From the NCBI RefSeq assembly GCF_963676685.1, contig NC_092350.1, forward strand, positions 72,106,001 through 72,170,000: 64,000 nt of DNA, in the 5' to 3' direction. Of this stretch, positions 12,537 to 24,871 are shown piece after piece. The translations under genes were made by a program, and so were the position numbers. The stretch comes from Mytilus edulis. Lineage: Eukaryota. How positions within the stretch are numbered: position 1 is the first letter of the stretch; each line of letters opens with the position of its first letter. The notes beneath the pieces are model-generated. The model searched no databases, was not told the DNA's origin, and was given only the letters and a program-made list of their open reading frames with translations.

Positions 12537-14231
12537 TTATGTGTAATTAACGCTGTACAAAAATGCTTGGCCGTCAGTTTCATTTGCAACCAGCACGGAT
12601 TTGAATTTTTCACTATAGCAAAGTGCCCATGGAGAACCACACAGGTCCTTCTCTGACAGGAGTATTTTGTGACCTCTACCATGAGAAGATATAGCCACAA
12701 CGTTTTTTGATTTGTTCCCCGCAACAAAAGCATTTCCATATTCATCAACTGTAATACCTCTAGGTACATTTAGAACCGACGTGTCTGTGTATGTCCATAG
12801 AACGTCACCGTTTTTATTATGACAGACGATGGTATTCGTGTCCCTTTTTCTAGAGTACAGTGTATTGCCTAATGCAGCCAAATTCAATGAGGTCATAGAA
12901 CTGCCAATACCATATGTTTTTGTATCTTCTAATCTGATTTTTTGTATCTGTCCTTTTTGGGGACTTACTATAAAATGATTATCTTTATAAGTTAAGCCGC
13001 AACAAGGGGAATAAGTGCGAACAATTGTGAATGTTTTACCTGATTCCATATTTATAAGTTCGATATTCTCCATAGTCATTGAAACAACGGCTACAGTTGT
13101 GTCGTCGACACATGCAACATCATAAATATATGGTAAATCGCAGTTAATTTTTCGATTTATTTCCCCATCAGGTGAAAATAATGTCAAATACGAGGGACAG
13201 TTGTTTGACACTACAAGTTTTCCGGAAGGTAAAATACAACAGCCTGACACATTAAAAGCTTTAGTTTTAAATTTCGTTTTTAACTCCAGATTTATATTCT
13301 CTACGGAACATTTTGGTTTCACCATTACTTTCATCATTTGAGTCTGAATTAGCTTGCTTCTTCGTAGTGATAATTGAAATGGTATGACATCTATGACGAC
13401 TTTTCCAAACGAAGTTATGTGTTTGTGTATATTTTGTAATAACGGATTCAACTGGGAAGAAACAACAGCGTGAACCAAAGTACCACCATCAATACAATCC
13501 TGTAGGTGTTTTTCTTGTTTTAGTAGTTTGGTGTCTAATTGCGCAATTCCCAAAAATGTTTGCATATCTGTTGCATAATTCTTTAAGCTTTCTAAATCTT
13601 CTATGCACTCGTCGATTTCTGTTTGGTTATTCTTCAGAGATGCAATGAAGCTCTGTATTTGTTGGGTAGATTTTTCCACAGCTTTGTTAAGTTCAGCATT
13701 AAAATTGTCTTGTATTAAGTCGAGATGGCGAGTTATCTGCTGCCGAATCGCTAATATCTCGGACTCAATTAACTTTTTCGAGGCTGAAATTGAAAATAGA
13801 TTCTTTTGTTTGTGTTCCAGAAGTAAACCAAAGTTTGCCTTCAGTTCGTGAAGTGATGTTTCAATTTCTGTAAATGCTGCAGATGTTTTGGAATTTTTAA
13901 TCACATCTTCAATGGGAACCATTTCTTTACATTTTCCGTGCTTCTCTGTAATAACACATTTTCTACACACACATTCATTATGCTCTTTGCAAAACAATAG
14001 GTATTTCTCGTTGTGATCATCACAGTGCAGTTTTATGTTTCCAATAAAAGATGGAAACGTTTGATATTCATTAATAGGAAAACCGTTGTGGTTTCGTGAG
14101 GCCTTAGATAAGCTATGATGTTCTGAACATTCTTGGCACAATCCTTCTTCACAATCAGAGCACCAAATAGCAGCCGGTTTTGAAATGTATCGCAAACTAC
14201 AAATACCACAATTATCGAAAGAAGTGGCCAT
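12537..14231 (-). CDS. TRIM-like copy 2, intact 564 aa (B-box x2, coiled coil, NHL/beta-propeller, no RING)
   Basis: TTACAG|GTC ATG at 14231; CGIC..WCSDCEEGLCQECSEHH; CDDHNEK..FCKEH..CVCRKC..H; PRGITVDEYGNAFVAG NHL-like repeats. Confidence 0.93.
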   Translation of the reverse strand: MATSFDNCGICSLRYISKPAAIWCSDCEEGLCQECSEHHSLSKASRNHNGFPINEYQTFPSFIGNIKLHCDDHNEKYLLFCKEHNECVCRKCVITEKHGKCKEMVPIEDVIKNSKTSAAFTEIETSLHELKANFGLLLEHKQKNLFSISASKKLIESEILAIRQQITRHLDLIQDNFNAELNKAVEKSTQQIQSFIASLKNNQTEIDECIEDLESLKNYATDMQTFLGIAQLDTKLLKQEKHLQDCIDGGTLVHAVVSSQLNPLLQNIHKHITSFGKVVIDVIPFQLSLRRSKLIQTQMMKVMVKPKCSVENINLELKTKFKTKAFNVSGCCILPSGKLVVSNNCPSYLTLFSPDGEINRKINCDLPYIYDVACVDDTTVAVVSMTMENIELINMESGKTFTIVRTYSPCCGLTYKDNHFIVSPQKGQIQKIRLEDTKTYGIGSSMTSLNLAALGNTLYSRKRDTNTIVCHNKNGDVLWTYTDTSVLNVPRGITVDEYGNAFVAGNKSKNVVAISSHGRGHKILLSEKDLCGSPWALCYSEKFKSVLVANETDGQAFLYSVNYT

Positions 14232-14437
14232 GACCTGTAAACACAAACAGTTTGTTACTATAGATAGTTCTATGTGGTTTAATTTTAAAATAAATTAAAC
14301 AATGGAACGTCATAAAGTCAAGACAAGGTATTTTGTATTGTATTTGTTTCTTCGTTATTTTTTTTTTGGTATACAATCTTGATTTAAAAAAAAACATCAA
14401 ACTATAAGTAATAACATTTACGGTACCAAATTTCATG

Positions 14438-14479
14438 CACCAGATGCACATTTCGACAATACATGTCTCTTCAATGATG
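14438..14479 (-). ncRNA. Minimal type I hammerhead ribozyme (second family) with C3>U core change
   Basis: Minus strand CATCA-TTGAAGA-GACA(TGTAT)TGTC-GAAA-T(GTGC)A-TC/TGGTG. Confidence 0.75.
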
Positions 14480-15754
14480 GTCGTAGCCAAAATATTTGAA
14501 ATCCAAAGAATATGATCATTATTTTACAAGAATGGACAGACTGAAAGTTGTGTCTGCTTTACTGAGTATGGTTAATGACCTTCTACTACAGGTTAAACAA
14601 TTTAACATAATCAATATATTATGAATCACGACTCCAAAAAATATTATATACAACAAAGGAAGTGTGACAAGAGCCATTATTTGGCACCTGATATTGTAAC
14701 ATTAGTACATTTATTCAAGACTTGCAAAAATATTTTTATTTTATTGATACAGGAACTTGTTATTTAAAATGTGTACACTTCAACATGTGATGTCACTATT
14801 ACGTCATAAAGATATTGAAATTCACATTTTTTTACCAACAATTGCCATATAAAACATAGATTTTGGACAAAATATATATGAACAAGTGCTTTGCCTCTTA
14901 TGCTATTATACACACATTGACATCTTTATAATATATATTTTGTTACAAACTATCTTTTTATGTAAAGTGTTGGCTCATATCTTACTATTAATTACTTTCC
15001 ATTCGTTATGTTAGTTGATTTTTTGAGGACTTTCCATTAAGTTTTGTAGATTTCAACAAAATCTAGAAAAAAGAACTATCAATTCTGACAGAATAGTATT
15101 GTAAGAACATCTTGGAAGGGTGTTAGTTGATAGATTTGTAATATTTTTTTTAATTTTCGATTACCAATGTCCAAAAATATGGCATTAACATGTCTTCTCC
15201 TTTTGTTGAAAATATGATGTACTCAAGTACCGTTCATCAATGAGCTATCAAAATGACAAGGTCAGGTGAACTCTTTCAGACAAACGTTTCCTCTTAAAGC
15301 TGTTTAAGCTTATATAATTAAAACGGAAAAAAAGTATATAGCCTTAGTCAAGAAATTAATCAGACTTCTCCATGAGGGAGATATATTCCTTAAACTAGTC
15401 TTGTTTTGAAATTATAATATTGATTCACGAACCATGTAAATGCATAGGGTCTATTATTGAGAAACTCTTGTGTTAGACTGAAACTTGTGTTAGACTGAAA
15501 TAACTCTTCTCAGCGACGATCAATGAACCTTGAAGTTTTAGTCTGGTCTACATTATTAGCTGGATGATTACGCCTAATTATAAGCTAATAAGTGTTTATG
15601 CCTAATACATTTTGTTGAACGATGTCAAAGAGAGATAGTTTTGTATAGATCATTTTCGGTTATACATCTATATGAGCTTAAATTGTAGATTTGATTACGC
15701 TTTTTAATACCTCCTGCATATGAATTTATAATGAGAGCATCAACATATGTACAT

Positions 15755-15890
15755 ACCTTAAACCCAATTAAAACCAATTAAACATCACACTTGGTAAAGT
15801 TTTAAAGTTCAACAAATGTGTACAGGTAGGTTAATGATACGTCATTTTCTTTAATCACGTGAACACGGTGAAATCTTACAGATTAGATAA
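15755..15890 (-). promoter_or_regulatory. Putative promoter and short non-coding exon 1 of TRIM copy 2
   Basis: Donor TAAG|GTATGT at 15756; ACGTCA 15839, CACGTG 15856, AGATAA 15885, in the same order as upstream of copies 4, 5 and 6. Confidence 0.6.
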
Positions 15891-16843
15891 TTCAAAATAC
15901 AACCAATAACTTAATAAAATATCAACCTGAGGCCCTTAGTAGCATGCACGTATGGCTTAATATTCGATAACAGGTTACATTGTATATGTTAAAAATATTT
16001 AAAACCTTAATAAAACATTAATAAGCATATCAACTTGAGAATCTTTCTTGATCCAAATACTTGTGTTACACGGGAAACTCTATACAAAGAAAAAATATCA
16101 AAGATACTAGGCTTATTATTTTAATTATTCTATTATTGTTGTGTATATTTTTTTCTTTTTCTGTACGTCTATCAATATAACACCTGATTAAGATCTGTGA
16201 ATATCATTCTAATCGGTACTAGCATTGTTTTTTTGTTAATTGGAACATAGAATATGATAGTTATGCAGTTCTGAAAACTTATTGTCCTTAATCCTGTCGA
16301 TGCTATTACATATATGTATACTTATATTTCGGCATTGCACAAGGTAATGTTTTTCAGACTGTTTTTGACATCTCGATTTTCCGTTTAAATGGTTTATTAA
16401 AGAAAAATAGTTTTTAAATGAATAATTTGTCAAAGTCTACACACAAGTATGTAGAAAATTTGTACTCAGTTGACATTTTTAAAGTTTGTGATACAATAAA
16501 TCACAAATTTCACGAAAATTGGTATCTCAAGAACGAAAATGAATCCTCACTAGTTTCAATTTACTTTGAATTTGCTTCAATAACTGCAAGCACTCTGGTA
16601 TCGGTTACTTTACGTCTTGTCTTGGTTTAATCCGATGAGTCCAGCCATTTCCAACACATTTTCAGTGTGTTATAATGTTGTTACACCGCTGTCCCATTTT
16701 AGGCTCACAAATATGTTGAACACCGTCATATACATGTCCTGTGGATCACGGTCATATTAGATTTGTGTTGTAAGATATGATGTTGCTCATTGTTTTTATG
16801 TCTAAGGTGATCTATAGTCGCGTACATGCACGTAATTCCGACT

Positions 16844-17031
16844 CAGAGTTCTCCCCAGGGTCGTTTAGCATCATGGTAATGTGATGCTTTAATCTTACAT
16901 GTGATGCTATCTGAAGTAGATTTCTTATAGATTATGTTATGGCTGTGATGTTATAATTTTTAGAAACACGATGGTATTTCAATTTCCCCTGTTTACCAGG
17001 ATGCTATATAAAATATCTGGGGAGAACACTG
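16844..17031. mobile_element. hAT-like MITE
   Basis: TIR CAG(A/T)GTTCTCCCCAG; degenerate 8-bp TSD TTCCGACT/CTCGGACT. Confidence 0.75.
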
Positions 17032-17485
17032 CTCGGACTCAATTTGAAATTTGTCTCAATGGCTATCATTCAACATATCCTTATGTATATATACAGGTCT
17101 ATCAGTAGATCATCCGTTTCCAAAGTATAATGAAAGAAACAAAAGATATTTAAAATGTGTACCAAAGGCTTCGTATAAGTTAAGCTGTCTGTTTCCTCTG
17201 GATAAAAAATAAATAAAGTACCTCTATCAATCTCAGATACCAAGCTTCTTCCTTTGTTCATCAGTGAAAATAAAACCAAAAAATTAGAAGGCCTGATGAA
17301 ATTCTAAGTAGATGAGCATTGAATACAAAAAAAATGAAAAGTTTTGTTAAATAGGACCAAAACTATATACTATGCTTGAAGGTCGACAAAAAACCTGTGT
17401 CCCGAATAATTCAACAATGTGTAAACGGTAATTTAAAACACAATCGTATATAAATATCAAGTCATCAAATATGGGTAAACACTGA

Positions 17486-17680
17486 AAATAAACTCATCAT
17501 AGATACCAGGACTAAATTTAGTATACGATCGAAGACTCATCAGTGACGCTCGAATCCAAAAAAGTTAAAAAGGCCAAATAATGTACGAAGTTGAAGAGCA
17601 TTTAGGACCAAAATTCCTAAAAGTTTTGCCAAATACAGCAAAGGTAGTATATGCCTGAGGTAGAAAAGCCTTAGTATTCA
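17486..17680 (-). mobile_element. Hammerhead-bearing repeat with the ribozyme GAAA/stem III deleted
   Basis: Reverse complement of the 26829-27031 family; CTGATGAGTCTT is joined to CGATCGTATAC. Confidence 0.8.
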
Positions 17681-18954
17681 AATAGACTTAACCATGAAAC
17701 TTAACATGGACCAATCAACTGTAAACATAGAATTTTTAAAGTGACATTTCTGTAGATGAATTATTGCATTGTTCATTTTTGCTGTTTACTGATTGTCGGT
17801 CAAGTAATTTGCAAAAATACTTAAATTGTCACTCAAAGTAAATAGCTCATACAAGTGAGTTATTAGATTATTTGTGTGCAAATAATGAAAAGAAATGTAT
17901 GTACACACACCTGTAGTTGCTTCTTCAACCTTTTTTTGGTTACCTGTGGATATTATTTGGAACCATTTGGTGCCACTGTTTTTATTTTATTTTACTTCTT
18001 TATTGCACAATTGGTGGATAATGTTCCTTAATATAATTTTTATATATAATAAGTATATTGTACACACCTGATATAAAATACATTTCAGACGCATAATATT
18101 TATGTTGTGTGTTGTTTTAATTTTTTTTTGCCTATTTTTCAAACTTAACTTTTTATCATTTAAATCAGAAATGTATTTAATGTTTATATTAATGTGACAA
18201 ATGGTACAAGATAAAATTTGTAACAATTAAAACTTACATTTTTATTATTATACAAAATGTATTTGTACATTGAATTTATAATATTAGTCTTCAATTAATT
18301 TACCCTATTTTTATTGTTCTGCTTGAAAAATGCAGGCCATTCAAATCTGAACTTAGGTATACTAACAAAATATACTTTTATACTCCTAAATGGATAGTTT
18401 ACATAGGTTCAAACCCCATGTATGGACATCCCTTAGATTTCTCCCATTCAACTGTAAATCTATTACTTAACAGGGATGTTTGTCTGATTGTGTAAGATGT
18501 ATATGTATGTGGCCATCTCCAGTAAGAAATGAGTTGATAAACCAAAGCCCCATGTAGAGTGCGATGCTCTCTACACTTGAATGAGTCCTTGAAACAACTC
18601 TTTGAAGATATTGCAGGTTGAATATTGCAAGGCAAAGTGCCCTACCCCTAAACATCATAACCTTCTTTTCCAGTGAGCTCACCAAGCCCCCGTCGACCTA
18701 TTTTGTACAAATCTTCTCTTACATTTTTGTTTTCTTTATCCTGAATTGGCAAAAAATTCCCAAATTGGCAAGAAATATTTGCCACTGGATGTAAGGCAAT
18801 TAGTTATCAATTTTACATAAATCTATCAATAAAATTAACTTTTTTTCTCATCATTACAAATAAGATGATCTACAAACATCATCCAATATCCAGCATGGTC
18901 AAGCCAGTTACATCATGAGAATGTATGTTATTCAACATCAAGGGGTCACACAGT

Positions 18955-19105
18955 ATAAAAGAGGGACGAAAGATACCAAAGGGAGAGTCAAACTCATAAA
19001 TCTAAAATAAACTGACAACGCCATGTCGAAAAATGAAAAAGACAAACAAACAATAGCACACATGACACAACATAGAAACTAAAGAATAAACAACAGGAAC
19101 CCCAC
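18955..19105 (-). mobile_element. 3' tail of the Penelope-like RT family
   Basis: ATAAAAGAGGGACGAAAGATACCAAAGGGA matches 33321 onward and the reverse complement of 51745-51895. Confidence 0.8.
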
Positions 19106-19413
19106 ATATAAATGTAGCTCTTCTTGTAACAATAAATTAAGTTTGACAATATAGTATTTCAAATAACAAGTCAGATCAGTCAGGTACTCAATACATTTTG
19201 AAATAATTCTTAAATAAGGAGATGAATCAACAAACAAGCAGTCACAACAATAGTCACAATTCTCACTTTGTACAGAAATAGAAACAAAAGAAGTGGTCAA
19301 TTTTTTTTATAATGAATTTAATAGAAAAAGATGACATTAATAAATAAATGAAAAATATAATAATAATAGCACAAGAATGAGGTGTTTAAACAATGTCAAG
19401 CCAAAGTCTGGCT

Positions 19414-19461
19414 TCAGTTATCAGGGTATGTCAGTTGAAATCTGTAGTAATCCTGCATGCT
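19414..19461 (-). CDS. TSP-like terminal coding exon G
   Basis: TTTTTCAG acceptor, then SMQDYYRFQLTYPDN*. Confidence 0.6.
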   Translation of the reverse strand, partial: SMQDYYRFQLTYPDN

Positions 19462-19758
19462 CTGAAAAATAAAACAAAAATCATAATCAAGGTTAATTCA
19501 AGAAATGACCTTTGGCCCCACAAAACTTATTTACATCTTCATGTGGATCTTCTTATGTGTTTTAATACACTTATATATATATATATATTTTAAGTGAAAA
19601 TCCAATCCCATTTAACAAGATTAAACATTCTTTTAAATAGTAAAAATCAAAACTGAGCTTGTTTCCATGACACTATACACTGAGTAAACATTTTGTACAG
19701 GTTCTTTTACATTAACATGAGTAATTGCTACTTTATGCATAGGATCTACAATGTACAT

Positions 19759-19902
19759 ATAAAAAAGAAGATGTGGTATGATTGCCAATGAGACAACTAT
19801 CCACAAAAGACCAAAATGACACAGACATTAACAACTATAGGTCACCGTATGGCCTTCAACAATGAGCAAAGCCCATACCGCATAGTCAGCTATAAAAGGC
19901 CC
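19759..19902 (+). repeat. Short interspersed repeat (AAGAAGATGTGGTATGATTGCCAATGAGACAAC family)
   Basis: Related copies at ~24760-24855 (-), ~26420-26692 (-), ~36120-36235, ~43865-43915, ~52000-52135 (-) and 61788-62005. Confidence 0.65.
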
Positions 19903-20242
19903 TGATTTTATCCTGTCACAATAACTGTTGAATTTACAGTATTCAGAAGTATGTCAATGTAAATTTATCTATGGATTTTTACATCCTTCCTCCACTAATG
20001 TTTAATGAAGTTTCTTCTTAATAATTGTCCTCATGAACTTCTCAATTTATCTTTAAACAAATATATGTTTTTTATTGACTTGATACAACCATCATATGTA
20101 ATTGCATCCCTGTGACTTTGAGATGAAGAACATCAATCAGAGTTCTGTTATTTGTGTGTTTTGATGTGCATGAACGGATTCTGTGCCATGAATGAATACC
20201 CTTTTTTCTGTCAAAAAATAAATTTTTCAACTCCTTAAATAC

Positions 20243-20431
20243 AGCACTCCCATTAACCTGTGCTGTCAGAGACAGTAAACCAGTATTTGTCAGTGAACTG
20301 GTTCCATTAGTCTGATCAAACTTGAAATACAACTGTCCATAATTATGATATTTAGGATACTCATCCACTAATGGTAGCTCTATGTGTTCTACAACTTCTG
20401 TCTCTAGTATGGCAATATTGAAGAATTGGAA
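20243..20431 (-). CDS. TSP-like exon F
   Basis: FQFFNIAILETEV..GQLYFKFDQTNGTSSLTNTG..NGSA; acceptor clear, donor uncertain (GTATTT at 20242, or a mutated site near 20230). Confidence 0.7.
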
Positions 20432-20829
20432 CTAAACAAATAAATAAAATACTGTTAATTGTGTGCGTTTATAATTGCAATTTTTGTCATTTTACACTAA
20501 AAGGATTTTAATGTTTGCAAGATTTAGTAAAATCCGGTTTAATTCATATAAAAATCAAAATGTGGGTTTAAATTATTGCAATATTATCCTGTCGCAATAA
20601 CTTCTGAATTTACAGTATTCAGAAGTATTTCAATGAAAATTTATCTATGGATTTTTACATCCTTCCTCCACTAATGTTTAATTTTAGATCCCCCCCCAAA
20701 AAATGGCTAAAAATTTCTTTTTTTTTACAGTGAAGATGATATAAATTAAAAGCATCATCCTTCCAGTGTTTTTGTGATACAAAGTCTCACAATTAATTGA
20801 AATTGTCTTATAGGAAGAATGAGACAATA

Positions 20830-21495
20830 AACTAGAGGCTCTAAAGGGCCTGTGTAGCTTACCTTGGTCTATGTGCATATCATAAACGAATAAAAATTTA
20901 CAAAATTTACAAAATTTATGAAAATTGTTTAAAAATTGACTATAAAGGGCAATAACTCCTTAAGGGGTCAACTGACCATTTTGGTCATGTTGACTTATTT
21001 GTAGATCTTACTTTGCTTAACATTATTGTTATTTACAGTTTACCTCTATCTATATTAATATTCAAGATAATAACCAAAAACGGTAAAACTTCCTTAAAGT
21101 TAACAATTCTAGGGCAGAAACCCAACAATGGGTTCTCCGATTCATCTGAAAATTTCAGGGCAGATAGAATTTGACCTGATACATAATTTTACTCCAGTCA
21201 GATTTGCTCTAAATGCTTTGGTTTCAGAGATATAAGCCAAAAACTGCATTTTACCCCTATGTTCTATTTTTAGCCATGGCGGCCATCTTGGTTGGGTGGC
21301 CGGGTCAACGGACACATTTTTTTTAACTAGATACACAAATGATTGGGGCTAAGTTTGATTAAATTTAGTCCAGTAGTTTCAGAGGAGAAGATTTTTGTAA
21401 AAGTTAACGACAACAGAAGCAGGACGAAGTAGGACGCCAGACGCCAAGTGATGAGAAAAGCTCACTTGGCCCTGTGGGCCAGGTGAGCTAAAAAA
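20830..21495 (-). mobile_element. Non-autonomous Helentron-like (HINE) element
   Basis: Terminal AGCTCAC..GGCCC/GGGCC..GTGAGCT hairpin next to a T-run, (GACG)-like microsatellite, related GCTTACC motif at the other end. Confidence 0.6.
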
Positions 21496-21670
21496 GAACA
21501 GTATGGCATTATGAAATCAAAATTTTAATATGTACAGACAACACCTTGTCTAAGTTTAGGTTTCAAAAAGCTAATACCTATTCAGTAGCCTCTAAAAACT
21601 TTGAGATTAATTCTTCCTTGTCTAGATTCTACATTTATTTATGCAAACAAATTTTTAAGTAATTATTAAT

Positions 21671-22570
21671 TACAAGAGTGCACAGGCTTTATGTCTCACC
21701 TTCTTTACTAATCATTGATATTAAGTTGATAGTCCTAAATATAAAGCTTAATTACAACTTTCACATAAACTTAACCTTAACCAAGAAAACTAAACATTGA
21801 CCAATGAACCATGAAAATGAGGCCAAGGTCAGATGAACCATGCCAGGCAGGCATGTTCAGCTAACATTTCTTCCATACAACAAATATAGTTGACCTATTG
21901 CTTCTATTGCTTATAGTTTAAGAACAACAGACCAAAACACAAAAACTTACCACTGAGCAATGAACCATGAAAATGAGGTCAAGGTCAAATAAAACGTTAC
22001 AACCATTCCATACACCAAATACAGTAGACCTATTGCATACAGTATAAAAAAACAGACTGAAACACAAAAACTTAACTATAGCCACTGAACCATGAAAATG
22101 AGGTCAAGGTCAGATGACACCTGCCAGTTAGACATGTACACGTCACAGTGCTTCCATACACCGAATATACTAGAACTATTGCTTATAGTATCTGAGATAC
22201 CAAAACTTAACCTTGTTCACTGATCCATGAAATGAGGTCGAGGTCAAGTGAAAACTGTCTGAAGGGCATGAGGACCTTGCAAGGTACGAACATACCAAAT
22301 ATATTTATCCTATTACTTATAATAAGAGAGAATTTAACATTACAAAAATACTTTTTTTTCAAGTAAACACTGAACCATGAAAAAGGTCAAGGTCATTGGA
22401 CATGTGACTGACGGAAAGTTCGTAACATGAGGCATCCATATACAAAGTATGAAGCATCGAGGGCTTCTACCTTCTAAAATATAAAGCTTTTAAGAATCAA
22501 GCTAACGCTGCTGCCGGATCACTATCCCTGTCGAGCTTTCTGCGACAAAAGTCGCAGGCTCGACAAAAAA
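21671..22570 (-). mobile_element. HINE-like element with about 5 internal satellite units (TGAACCATGAAAATGAGGTCAAGGTCA)
   Basis: Units at ~21805, 21961, 22087, 22221 and 22371; terminal hairpin TGTCGAGC-CTGCGAC-AAAA-GTCGCAG-GCTCGACA beside an A-run. Confidence 0.65.
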
Positions 22571-22705
22571 CAGACCCATAATGTTCACCGTTTTTTTGAC
22601 CTGTTGAAGTAATATCTATGTAGTTTTTCTTTAATCAAATTAATCAAAAAATTAACCTTGTAAATTATTCAAGCTTTGGCTTAAATACATGCTACTGGTA
22701 CCTAC

Positions 22706-22786
22706 CTCATCAATATAACCTTGGTAATAGTTACTGCCATCTGTACCTAAGTACAGGAATGTGTCTGCTGTGGATGAATATAGACT
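22706..22786 (-). CDS. TSP-like exon E (LamG-like)
   Basis: SLYSSTADTFLYLGTDGSNYYQGYIDE; GCAG acceptor, GTAGGT donor. Confidence 0.85.
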
Positions 22787-23366
22787 CTGCAATAAATTCA
22801 ATAAAATTAAGCAATAATTCAGACCCCTGTTATTCTAACAGACTATAGAATAATCTTCTTATAGCTATTTTAGTACTTTATTTGGACTTTTTAACTTTTT
22901 TGTTCGAGCATCTTTTGTAGATAAAACATGCGACTGGCTTTTACATTTTTTTTTATCCTGGTGTCTATCATGAGTTTATTTCCGAGGGAATCTTACTGGC
23001 ATTATGGTTATAATTATAAATAAACTAAAAATAAATTCTACATAGAGCATCAACAATCAAATTTCATAAATGACAAACTTTACCTTTATAACTAAAGACA
23101 ACCATCATCACTAGCTAAAGACATGTATATGGATATTTAGCAGGGGAAACTAGTTTTTAGAGCACTTTCTCTTTTAAAAATAAAATCATGCTACATAAAA
23201 TATTAGTCATGCCATACCAAGTGCCGTTGATTTTCTTTGTATGGATGGACCTCAATAAATGTTCAACAGAGAATTTTTTTCTATAGGCTTGTATAACAAA
23301 CAAAAAAAGTTTTTATTCCACAAAAAATTGGTCCCAACTAAATGAATTTACAGTATCTACTCTTAC

Positions 23367-23437
23367 CAAATCTACTGGTTTTATATCTGTTGTCTGACTG
23401 GACAATGTTCCATCAATATAAAGCTTCAATGCACAGT
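23367..23437 (-). CDS. TSP-like exon D (LamG-like)
   Basis: DCALKLYIDGTLSSQTTDIKPVDL; TTTTCAG acceptor, GTAAGA donor. Confidence 0.85.
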
Positions 23438-24056
23438 CTGAAAAGAGAAAAAGTTGTAATTACTTAAAGATTCGTCATTATTTCAGCCATGGGGACTAAT
23501 TTGTATAAAATCTTATAGATGAATTTCTTACTCAACATTACTAAAATGTCAGACCAAATACTACATGATTATCTTGTTAAATCAGAAGCTATCAGAGGAA
23601 ATAAGTCTGAAACTACACACAAATAATACTTTTTCTAGGCCATTTCATTTAGTGGATTATCCCCACATAATGTTCAGCTACTTTTTTCAGAGCTGACCTC
23701 TCTGTGTGTCTTTACTAAAAACCTGGATTAGCCACTGAGTATGAACCAAAAGTTGAAGACAGAGGGACTGACTGACATACAAAATGGTTGTATAATAATC
23801 TTTATTTGACATATAAGTAACATTATACTTGTGACAAAAACAAAAGTAACAACAACCATAAAATAACTGAGTTGAACACACACATATCTATATATATATA
23901 CAAGTAAAACTAACTAAGAGTCCCCTGTCCTCAGCTCTAAAGACTGTTTTATAAAGGAACCTGTTTTTTCACTTGATTTATATTAGAAGGATTTAGTAGG
24001 ACTACTAGTTTTTGGGTATCAGATAGGATTATCTACTGCCATGTCATTAAAAAGTT

Positions 24057-24215
24057 TTATATGTAAATATTATTAATTTGACAGTAGAGGAGAAAGTGAT
24101 TTTCATCTTCTAAGGTTTTACAAGTTGGACATGTTCTATTGTCTCGAGGTATTTTTAGATATCTGCCCTTCTCAATGAGAAAATTATGGTCACTAATTCT
24201 AATTTTGGTAGATTG
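24057..24215 (-). mobile_element. Non-LTR retrotransposon ORF2 C-terminal zinc-finger fragment (RTE-X-like)
   Basis: KIRISDHNFLIEKGRYLKIPRDNRTCPTCKTLEDENHFLLYC. Confidence 0.7.
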
Positions 24216-24229
24216 TAGTATATAATTAC

Positions 24230-24432
24230 CAGTCTCGTCATAAATCAGTACCACGCTTGTCCATTGGTCCGCAGTGACAGCTGAGGCGGCCTGTACAGTT
24301 GAGTTTATATACTGTCCATTCACAATGCCGTTTTCTATCCACAAACATATGGTATGATTTTCAGTACACAATATTGGCATTTCTGTCGTAGGGTATCCTG
24401 TTTCCACCATGACCCATACATCTAAGGTAAAA
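24230..24432 (-). CDS. TSP-like exon C (LamG-like)
   Basis: SFTLDVWVMVETGYP..CLWIENG..DQWTSVVLIYDET; pyrimidine-rich CAG acceptor, GTAATT donor. Confidence 0.85.
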
Positions 24433-24871
24433 CTGAAAGAAGGGAGATAAACAAAGATAAGTTGAGGCGTCTCTGCTCTGAATACCTTTTGGACCTTACA
24501 TAAAATTGGTTTGTGCTGATCTCTTTTTGAAATTCAAATTCTCCTTTAAACAAAAAAAAAACCACCATAAATTGTAAATTAATTTGAAGCAATTTACTAT
24601 CTATATGAATTTTTTTAAAAAGAATATCAAAATATTTAAAAAAAAAAAAATGACTAAATCAACCGGCAAACATTCTTAATTTGTTTTTTTCTGGAAATGG
24701 CCTCTCTGTCCATCTAATTTTAAATTTTCCTGTTTTACATTTGTGATGTGGTATGTTTTTCTTTCTTGTTGATGGCCATATGGTGACATTTGGCTGCTTA
24801 TTTCTAGCTCAGATGGTCTGTGGCGGATGTCTCATTAGCAATCATACCACAACTTTATTTTCTATATTTAC

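Noticed and set aside
16631-16660. (C/T)GATGAG motifs here and at ~32590 and ~50771 as further hammerheads
   Set aside because: No stem II followed by GAAA; they belong to a different interspersed repeat.
18399-18740. Higher-GC segment with an AG acceptor and two short ORFs downstream of the TSP exons
   Set aside because: Stops in the acceptor frame, no recognisable motif, and it lies beyond the inferred TSP stop codon; cannot be supported without a search.
21800-22400. Regularly spaced ~27-bp repeats resembling a CRISPR array or nuclear-receptor site cluster
   Set aside because: The spacers are homologous to each other and the context is eukaryotic; this is the satellite core of a HINE-like element.
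24057-24410. 117-aa ORF as a LamG-zinc finger fusion protein
   Set aside because: It is exon C read through its GT donor (24229) into an intronic LINE fragment that happens to be in frame.
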